Shown here: positions 57,209 to 64,000 of the stretch, in pieces
How the letters are laid out: each line of letters starts with the position of its first letter
How positions within the stretch are numbered: the stretch's first letter is position 1
IMG/VR virus record: IMGVR_UViG_2871875081_000002
Span: 23,452 to 87,451 of that record
Reading direction: 5' to 3' (one strand)
Source of the DNA: a virus
Lineage: Duplodnaviria > Caudoviricetes
DNA: 64,000 nt
Translations under genes and position numbers: made by a program
The notes under the pieces: model-generated
Database searches by the model: none
The model's input: the letters and a program-made list of their open reading frames with translations, nothing else
Told to the model about the DNA's origin: nothing

Positions 57209-57345
57209 TATCTTTGCAGTGCTTGTTAGAAGTCACGCGCTAGCAAATAAATAAGTTTTATCTAGAAGTTGATTAGTTCAACTACAACGATATACCCTAT
57301 CCAAAGTTTGGAGCGTGACCCAGACGGCGGATAGGGTTTTTCTTT
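57209..57345 (+). promoter_or_regulatory. Promoter (TATCTTTG 57209-57216) plus structured leader/attenuator
   Basis: TTG about 20 nt upstream; terminator-like CCCTATCC/GGATAGGG-TTTTT; complementary loop sequences. Confidence 0.55.
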
Positions 57346-57715
57346 ACCCTATCTCAACGTTCCAAGCAAAAAAGACATACGAGGTTCAATCCGTGCAGTC
57401 CTCTTCGGAGTTATCGACCGATATATAAAACTGCTCTGTCAGATAAGTTACATTATGGTTGTGTAAATCCCGCAACGTGTCACCTCACGACGGGTGCCCA
57501 TATCAGAAATGAGAAAGCCGACCATAACGAGCAAAGCGCTGTGGGTATCAGAAGACTTATGCTGGCTTTACAAGGAGTACGAACTACTATGGTATATTAT
57601 ATATATATTGTAGTTGATAAAAAATAAGGTTCGGCTCGCTTGGCTATCCCATTTATTCTTATGGGTATAGAGGTGTTGTATATGTAAATGAAGAAAAACG
57701 TTAAACATTAGTTCT

Positions 57716-58627
57716 ATGGCAAGAATAACAAGAAACAAAGCTGCCGAGATACTGGGAGTATCAAGACAGACTATCAGCAACTACATCAAGGAAGGCATCC
57801 TTGGAAGCTACGTAGGCGAACACGGCATCCTGTATGTCAACAGCGAGGATATCGAGAAATATGCTCAGAAATACAAGATGATTGCAGCAAACGAGAAGAT
57901 GATTGACGAGAAGCTCAAGGAAGTCGAGTATCGCAAGCGCGCAATCAACGTAGAGCTCACTGAACTGAGAGACAGAGCTACCGCAAACGGCAAGCTGGCT
58001 GCAAACGCCGTAGGCATGCTGTTCGGTGTAATCAACACAATGTCGCATCTTGGTGTATTACCGAATCTTACCTATCGTGAGTCCAATCTTCTCAAGGACA
58101 TAATTAACGGAATGACCTATGACGAGCTGTCAATCAAGTACGGCGTGTCTGCAACGAGAATCAGGCAGATTATAGACAAGACTTGCAACAAGCTTACCTA
58201 CAACGAGAATATTGTCATTGCTGAGCTCTCAACGAACAGAACCTTGCAGTATGAGGTTGAGCGCCTGAAGAAGGTAATCAAGTCGCTACAGGTAAGCTTC
58301 GACGAATACCGGCGCGCGAAAGGAGACAAGCCTGTCAGTAGCGCAGTTCTTCCTCCGCTGATCCTTTCTAGGGATATAAAGGAATGTGGCTTCTCTGTCC
58401 GCATTCTGAATGCACTCAAAGGCTTCGACGTATATACCGTAGGCGACTTGGTTCGTAATCTCCGGGGAAGGTCAGAGCTTATGAAACTCAGGACTCTCGG
58501 CAGGAAGAGCGTCTGGGCTATCCTTGACTTCGTTGAGGAAAACAATCTCGACTTCAAGGAGAACGGAGAGTCTGAGGAAGACTTCTATATCAGGCTCAAT
58601 AACAAGTTGTCAAACCAAAAAGATTAA
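57716..58627 (+). CDS. Regulator: N-terminal HTH, sigma-region-4-like HTH and RNAP alpha-CTD-like domain
   Basis: ITRNKAAEILGVSRQTI; MTYDELSIKYGVSATRIRQI; FSVRILNALK...TVGDLV...LMKLRTLGRKS. Confidence 0.8.
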   Translation: MARITRNKAAEILGVSRQTISNYIKEGILGSYVGEHGILYVNSEDIEKYAQKYKMIAANEKMIDEKLKEVEYRKRAINVELTELRDRATANGKLAANAVGMLFGVINTMSHLGVLPNLTYRESNLLKDIINGMTYDELSIKYGVSATRIRQIIDKTCNKLTYNENIVIAELSTNRTLQYEVERLKKVIKSLQVSFDEYRRAKGDKPVSSAVLPPLILSRDIKECGFSVRILNALKGFDVYTVGDLVRNLRGRSELMKLRTLGRKSVWAILDFVEENNLDFKENGESEEDFYIRLNNKLSNQKD

Positions 58628-58631
58628 GTAT

Positions 58632-58841
58632 ATGAAAATAAGACTAAACAAGAGTGCTGGCCGTCTGGAAATCAGAACCAAGAAGAGGATAATAGCCTTC
58701 AGCTGTGATATTCTGAAAGGTTCTTATTACCTAGTCCCAACTGTAAGATTTGACGTCAGTAGGGCATATGGAGAGAAGAGCATCTGGTTATTCTTCCTAG
58801 GTGCTTTTGTGTTGATTGATATTTTTAAAATAAAAGACTAA
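58632..58841 (+). CDS. Hypothetical protein (69 aa)
   Basis: Likely start MKIRLNKS. Confidence 0.6.
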   Translation: MKIRLNKSAGRLEIRTKKRIIAFSCDILKGSYYLVPTVRFDVSRAYGEKSIWLFFLGAFVLIDIFKIKD

Positions 58842-58867
58842 GTATATTTTTTTAATTTTTAAACATT

Positions 58868-59413
58868 ATGAGTGTAAAAAACATTATTTTGGCATCAGTA
58901 CTCGCAATAGTAGTACTCGCCGCAGGTTCAGTTATCGGTTGTTATTTCCATTACAACAACCAGGAAATCTCACTTCGCCAGCAGTCAGAGGCTCAGCGTG
59001 GCAAGATTGAGGGTGTTCACGACAAGATGTGGAAGGTTCTTCAGCAGAAGGCACAGGTTACGGATGAGTACAAGTCCGCATTCGAATCCATCTATCCGAA
59101 ACTTATCGAGGGCAGATATTCAAAGGGAGACGGCTCGCTTATGAAGTGGATCAAGGAAAGTAATCCTAACTTCGACGTTTCGCTATACAAGGACCTCATG
59201 CAGTCCATAGAGATTCAGCGCTCCGAGTTTCAGACATCACAGGAGAGGATGCTCGATATCATCCGTGAGCACGAGACGCTCGTGAAGACATATCCGGCGA
59301 AGTGGTTCGTATCTGATACCAAGCCTATCGAATACAAGGTTATCTCCTCATCCAAGACAAAGATGATCATGCAGCTTGGAGAGGATAACGACGTAGACCT
59401 GTTCAAGAAATAA
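58868..59413 (+). CDS. LemA-like membrane-anchored helical protein
   Basis: N-terminal TM followed by YNN and a helical bundle ending YPAKWF. Confidence 0.6.
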   Translation: MSVKNIILASVLAIVVLAAGSVIGCYFHYNNQEISLRQQSEAQRGKIEGVHDKMWKVLQQKAQVTDEYKSAFESIYPKLIEGRYSKGDGSLMKWIKESNPNFDVSLYKDLMQSIEIQRSEFQTSQERMLDIIREHETLVKTYPAKWFVSDTKPIEYKVISSSKTKMIMQLGEDNDVDLFKK

Positions 59414-59419
59414 CAGCTT

Positions 59420-60535
59420 ATGGAAATATTCATATTTCTAATCCCATTCGTGGTTGCTGCTTTCCTGTTGATTTTCTTCAGGAAGCAGACCACCTGGTGG
59501 GAATACGCAGTACTCATTGTTCCATCCATCCTCATAGGTATCCTCATGGAGTTCGTGTTCAAACAGTCAAATGCTGCTGACACGGAGTATCTCGGAAGCT
59601 ACGTGACAAGAATCCGTCATTACGATGCCTGGAATGAGTACATACACCGCACGTGTACAAGGACCGTTGGAAGCGGAAAGAATCAACGTACGGAAACATA
59701 CGATTGTTCGTACGTAGACAATCACCCTGAACGTTGGACTTATTTTGATGCCAGGAACAAGGAGGAATACTTTATGACCGACAACGAGTTCAATGTAGTC
59801 AGAAAGATTCTTGGAACCCAAAGCGTGTTTGTTGATATGCACAGGCACTACTACACCAAGGATGGTGATGCACAGGAATGGGCGTGGGATGGTTCCATTG
59901 AAAACTCATACGCATTATCCTCGGAGCATGATTACAAGAATAAAGTGAAAGCCTCACGTTCTATTTTCAAGTTTGAGGATATTGATTATCAGCAGGCACG
60001 CAAGCTTGGGCTGTTCGAGTATCCGGATATCGTTCTTTACGACCAGAATCCTGTTATCGGACTGAAGATTCCGAAGAATCAGGAGAAGGCGATGAGATGG
60101 CTGAACGGATACTATGGTGAGCGGAAGCAGTTTAGGGTGTTCGTCCTGTTCTTTACGAACAAGCCGGAAGAAATCGTTGAAAAGCAGCGCTCATACTGGC
60201 AGGGCGGCAACAAGAATGAGCTTGTCGTGTGCGTCGGTATTGACAAAAACAAGAATGTCAAGTGGTGCAACGCATTTTCATGGTGTGATAGCCCGGTCGT
60301 AGGCGTTAAGAGTAGAGACTGGTTTATGAGCAATCCTGTAAATCTCGAAAAGTACGCCGAGTATATCGGTCCGATTGTTGAAAAGGAATGGCATAGAAAG
60401 AACTTCGAGGATTTTGATTATCTTACCATCGAGCTTACCGACGGGCAGTACTGGGCTATCATTGTTCTCCTGCTGATATTCAATATTGTAATGAGCTCCT
60501 GGATTATTTCTAACGATTATAAAAACGATTTGTAG
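59420..60535 (+). CDS. Membrane protein with large extracytoplasmic domain (TPM-like guess)
   Basis: Two N-terminal TM helices, one C-terminal TM; KNELVVCVGID. Confidence 0.7.
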   Translation: MEIFIFLIPFVVAAFLLIFFRKQTTWWEYAVLIVPSILIGILMEFVFKQSNAADTEYLGSYVTRIRHYDAWNEYIHRTCTRTVGSGKNQRTETYDCSYVDNHPERWTYFDARNKEEYFMTDNEFNVVRKILGTQSVFVDMHRHYYTKDGDAQEWAWDGSIENSYALSSEHDYKNKVKASRSIFKFEDIDYQQARKLGLFEYPDIVLYDQNPVIGLKIPKNQEKAMRWLNGYYGERKQFRVFVLFFTNKPEEIVEKQRSYWQGGNKNELVVCVGIDKNKNVKWCNAFSWCDSPVVGVKSRDWFMSNPVNLEKYAEYIGPIVEKEWHRKNFEDFDYLTIELTDGQYWAIIVLLLIFNIVMSSWIISNDYKNDL

Positions 60536-60538
60536 CGT

Positions 60539-61009
60539 ATGAAAGAAAGATTAAAAATGATTTTCGACCGCATCGACATCTTTGTCGTGTGCATTGTCAT
60601 CGGGCTATGCTTCTGTATTGTGGAAGCCTTTCTTGGAATCTGGGACGTGTTTGCTGACTGTTTTGTCATTACACTTCTTGCTACCGAAGTCTGCTACACT
60701 CTCCGCTGCAACGAGAAACTTCAAATAGAGCTGATTGAGACAAAGGAGAAGCTGAAGGAGGCGGAGAAAGAGTCGGATACTGCAATCCATCAGATCGTAA
60801 AGAAGAGTAGGATTATCCGATTCTACGTCTTACTGGAAATGTTGTGGAGGGAGAGATGGGCATGCGAACACGCAAAGGTTAATTACTGTAAGCACAGGAT
60901 AACATTGAGACAACTTATCGATGCGATGAATCATTTCGATAAGAGGTGTGATGAGATTTCAAATAAAATCTCTGAGCTTACCAAGGATTTGAACGAATTC
61001 GATAAATAG
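60539..61009 (+). CDS. Membrane-anchored coiled-coil protein
   Basis: 156 aa. Confidence 0.7.
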   Translation: MKERLKMIFDRIDIFVVCIVIGLCFCIVEAFLGIWDVFADCFVITLLATEVCYTLRCNEKLQIELIETKEKLKEAEKESDTAIHQIVKKSRIIRFYVLLEMLWRERWACEHAKVNYCKHRITLRQLIDAMNHFDKRCDEISNKISELTKDLNEFDK

Positions 61010-61069
61010 ATGCTTGTCATAAAACAACTTTCCCCACGTCATTTGCCGATGGCGTGGGGATTTTCTTTG

Positions 61070-62236
61070 TTAACCGTTCAGATAGTCGATGACTTTTCGG
61101 TTCGCCTCGTCAACTGCCCTGTTGTCGTATTTGACATAGATGGCTGTAACCGTCTTCTCCCATACGGAGTGGCCCAGTGCTCGACCGATTGTTTCGAGTG
61201 AAATACCTATCTCTGACGCAAACGTCGCCCAGCTATGCCTGTTGTAGTACGTTGACATCTTGCTGTCGATAGGGCGAGGTGATGCCTTTCTCAAATCCTT
61301 AGGATCCTTCGGGCCAATTCTTCTCAGCGTACGGTTCATATTGTTCGTGAAGTGGTCCACGTCGAAAGTTCCTGCATCTTCGAAGAACCTGAGCAGGTAC
61401 TGCGGCTTTCTGCTGCGGTATCTGCTTATTATCTCCATAGCCTCTGGCTCCACCTTGATGTCGTACAATCTACCTGTCTTGTTTCGGTAGTAGCTTATCC
61501 TACCATTTCGTAAATCCTCCTTCTTTAGCGTCAGGAGGTCCGAAACATTGATACCTATGAGGTAAAACCCCAACATGAAGAAATCGCGGTACAGAGCCTG
61601 CTTGCCGTGTAATTTGGCATCCCTTAGTTCTCTCATCTGCTCCAGTGACAGGCAGCGCTTCCTTGTTTCCTCCTTTTTGAGCTTGATATAGTGGAACGGA
61701 AAGTTCTGCGTCTTACCATCATCGATGGCCTTCTTGAAGACTGCCTTGATGTGTGTTATGTCGTTCGAGATGCCGTTGGTCTTCCTTCCCTTATCCATCT
61801 CATGCCTGATGAACCCTTCAAGCCAGTCCTTGGTTATTGTATTGAAACTGCACTTACCGTCGTATGCCTCTACGCATCGGTAGGTTCTCTCATAGCTTCT
61901 CCTGGTATTCGGCCTCTCTCTTGTCTCAGCGAATGCCTTCATGAAACTGAGGAACGGAGACTTGTCTTCTTTCTTTGCTCCCGTACAAATCTCCTTCAGA
62001 TGTTCCTTCATCATATCCGGCGACTCGTCATGATGGTCAAGGATATAGCTCTCACACTTGGCATACAGCTCCGCAAGTCTTCTCGTCTTCGCTTTTGCTG
62101 ACTTGTCTGACTTCGGAAACATCATGCCGGTGAACTTCTCGGTTGTCTGCAACCCGGTGTAGACATAGAACCTCTTTGTCATGTGGGTTACTGAGAAAAA
62201 TACCTTGTTTGTCTTTGACTCTACATATACCTTCAT
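61070..62236 (-). CDS. int: Prophage integrase (tyrosine recombinase with arm-binding N-terminus)
   Basis: GINVSDL, RNKT, YYNRHSWAT, ALGH, TAIY; lies at the prophage edge. Confidence 0.9.
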   Translation of the reverse strand: MKVYVESKTNKVFFSVTHMTKRFYVYTGLQTTEKFTGMMFPKSDKSAKAKTRRLAELYAKCESYILDHHDESPDMMKEHLKEICTGAKKEDKSPFLSFMKAFAETRERPNTRRSYERTYRCVEAYDGKCSFNTITKDWLEGFIRHEMDKGRKTNGISNDITHIKAVFKKAIDDGKTQNFPFHYIKLKKEETRKRCLSLEQMRELRDAKLHGKQALYRDFFMLGFYLIGINVSDLLTLKKEDLRNGRISYYRNKTGRLYDIKVEPEAMEIISRYRSRKPQYLLRFFEDAGTFDVDHFTNNMNRTLRRIGPKDPKDLRKASPRPIDSKMSTYYNRHSWATFASEIGISLETIGRALGHSVWEKTVTAIYVKYDNRAVDEANRKVIDYLNG

Positions 62237-62506
62237 AGTGATGATTTCTTTTGTAATCCTTCAATCTACAGGTAAACCACACTTGCATATTACTTGCAAA
62301 AAGTGACCTCAAACTACCTTAAATTACCTTTTTGTGGCATTTTTATGTAAAATAAAAGGATTGTTATTTTACTACTATTGCTGATACACAGAGACTTACA
62401 GAGTTAGAATGCTCAATTTTGTACTGTAATCATTCCTTTTTATTATTCTGTACTTTTATTTTTGTTTTTTCTTTACTACTATTAATGCCTTGAAAGAATC
62501 GAGTTG

Positions 62507-62617
62507 TTAGTCTAGACTTTTCAAGAAACGCTCACCCTGCGGAGTACGAAGCCAAATGGCAAACCCCAGTGCAGGTACCAATATAATGGAAAATATAATT
62601 GTTAAACCTTCTCCCAT
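62507..62617 (-). CDS. Small membrane protein (36 aa)
   Basis: MGEGLTIIFSIILVPALGFAIWLRTPQGERFLKSLD; below track cutoff. Confidence 0.6.
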   Translation of the reverse strand: MGEGLTIIFSIILVPALGFAIWLRTPQGERFLKSLD

Positions 62618-62621
62618 GATT

Positions 62622-62849
62622 CTACTTTTTAATTAATACCTTATTAGCAATATATGCAAAAAGCCAAGTAAGGAATAAACCAATAATTATACTGGTAATA
62701 TTGAAGATCTTTAATTCGCCATCAGCATATATCGTGACGGCATTACCTGCAACCATGACCAAGAAACATGTCTTGGCAAGGTCGTAGAAAAACTTTCCGA
62801 GACATTCTCGGGCAGTTTTGTTTCTTTCTTTATCTTCTCTTTGCGTCAT
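62622..62849 (-). CDS. DUF6722-like small membrane protein
   Basis: LGKFFYDLAK followed by two TM helices; -7 element TAATTTTG at 62872-62879 (minus). Confidence 0.65.
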   Translation of the reverse strand: MTQREDKERNKTARECLGKFFYDLAKTCFLVMVAGNAVTIYADGELKIFNITSIIIGLFLTWLFAYIANKVLIKK

Positions 62850-62950
62850 TGCAATTTCTGTTATTCAGCTGCAAAATTACAAAAAAATATTTGAAACACA
62901 ATGATTTATTGGCAAAAGTTACTAATTTTTAGTTAAAAACATGGTGGCTT

Positions 62951-62981
62951 TTTGTTATTTTGCAGAAAAGTCTTACTTTTG
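62951..62981 (+). promoter_or_regulatory. Bacteroidota promoter (-33 TTTG, -7 TACTTTTG)
   Basis: TTTG at 62951-62954, 19-nt spacer, TACTTTTG at 62974-62981. Confidence 0.65.
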
Positions 62982-63007
62982 TAGGCTGAAACGGAGAAAA
63001 TGCAGCA

Positions 63008-64000
63008 TTGATTCTGTGTTTTTCATGTAAAGAAAATGATATTGATAACAATATGAGACAACAAAATAGAAAAGGAAATTTTAATAAGCATACCAATAAT
63101 GCTTATGGCTACGGAAACCCTAATGAATATGAGCATTACAAGGTAGAAAAACCTGCTCCGTTGCTGGAATGGCTGATGGAGAATGTGAAGGGACCTAGCA
63201 AGACTAAGGTGAAGCAGACTCTGCAGGGTAGGGGAATCAAGGTAAATGGCAAAACTATTACCCAGTTTGACTATGTCCTGAAGCCGGGTATGAAGGTGAG
63301 TGTGAGCAAGACAAAGAAGAATCAGGAGGTATTTAAAAGCAGATACCTTAAGATTGTTTATGAAGACAGATATCTGATTGTTGTCGAGAAAAACATTGGT
63401 ATCTTGAGTATGGCAGCCGGTCATTCTACTCTGAATGTAAAAACGGTGCTTGATGATTATTTTCATAAGACTCGCCAGAACTGCCAGGCGCATGTAGTAC
63501 ACCGACTTGACCGTGATACTTCGGGCTTGATGATTTATGCCAAGGATAAGCAGACGGAACTGGCTTTGGAGGATGATTGGCATCATAATGTGTACGACCG
63601 CAGATATGTAGCTCTGGTTTCCGGAGAAATGGAAGAAGATGAAGGTACTGTTGCTAACTGGCTGAAAGATAACAAGGCTTACATTACTTACAGCAGTGAT
63701 ACGGATAATGGCGGCAAGTATGCTGTTACCCATTTCCATACATTAGAGCGTACCACCGCTCATTCTCTGGTGGAGTTCAAACTCGAAACGGGCCGTAAGA
63801 ATCAGATTCGTGTTCATACAGCCGATATGGGGCATCCGGTGTGTGGTGACATCAAGTATGGTAATGGTGATGATCCATGCCAGCGCTTGTGCCTGCATGC
63901 CTATGTGCTGTGTTTCTATCATCCCGTAACGCATCAGCCTATGGAATTTGAAACTCCGATACCGGCTGAATTCCGCAGGGCATTAAAGAATGATCGTTAA
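63008..64000 (+). CDS. RluA-family RNA pseudouridine synthase (host; true start probably slightly downstream)
   Basis: HRLDRDTSG, TGRKNQIRVH, HPVCGDIKYG, LCLHA. Confidence 0.93.
   Translation: MILCFSCKENDIDNNMRQQNRKGNFNKHTNNAYGYGNPNEYEHYKVEKPAPLLEWLMENVKGPSKTKVKQTLQGRGIKVNGKTITQFDYVLKPGMKVSVSKTKKNQEVFKSRYLKIVYEDRYLIVVEKNIGILSMAAGHSTLNVKTVLDDYFHKTRQNCQAHVVHRLDRDTSGLMIYAKDKQTELALEDDWHHNVYDRRYVALVSGEMEEDEGTVANWLKDNKAYITYSSDTDNGGKYAVTHFHTLERTTAHSLVEFKLETGRKNQIRVHTADMGHPVCGDIKYGNGDDPCQRLCLHAYVLCFYHPVTHQPMEFETPIPAEFRRALKNDR

Larger units (their letters stand above)
1..62400. mobile_element. Temperate siphovirus-type prophage (left end outside window; right boundary approximate, between integrase and host genes)
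   Basis: Contiguous holin, tail, head, terminase, portal, primase-helicase and integrase genes, followed by host-type genes from about 62500. Confidence 0.93.

Noticed and set aside
57509-57613. 34-codon ORF in the regulator leader
   Set aside because: Short, ends in a TA-repeat tract, no supporting motif; cannot be supported, though a leader peptide is not excluded.
62237-63007. tRNA at the integration site
   Set aside because: No cloverleaf or T-loop consensus found here or elsewhere by eye.

Overview
About 62.4 kb of this window is most of a temperate long-tailed (siphovirus-type) prophage. The host is inferred to be Bacteroidota, probably Prevotella/Segatella, from the TAnnTTTG promoters and the SD-less AT-rich start contexts. 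The left prophage end lies outside the window. Layout from left to right: (1) on the minus strand, a truncated holin, promoter-bearing accessory operons, AT-rich tail-tip cassettes, a 3276-aa tail spike/fibre, tape measure, tail, neck and head genes; (2) a divergent plus-strand block of terminase (with a Pro-starting class 3 intein in its Walker A motif), portal, minor head protein and PAPS-reductase-like protein; (3) a leftward block ending in a D5/P4-type primase-helicase; (4) a 1.1-kb AT-rich control region; (5) a ~13.5-kb rightward run of more than 30 small genes; (6) an HTH/RNAP alpha-CTD regulator, a LemA-like membrane pair and the integrase; then host small membrane genes and an RluA-family pseudouridine synthase. 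The most striking unexplained structure is in the rightward region. It opens with a ~650-nt highly base-paired non-coding segment (candidate large ncRNA). Nearly every small gene after it is separated by the same junction: TAGCCAAA-like box, sequence-variable hairpin, AACCAA, then GAATTATG. A second, arm-less tyrosine recombinase sits inside this array, and several more structured RNA candidates are nearby. All family calls are from motif recognition by eye; no database searches or folding programs were run.
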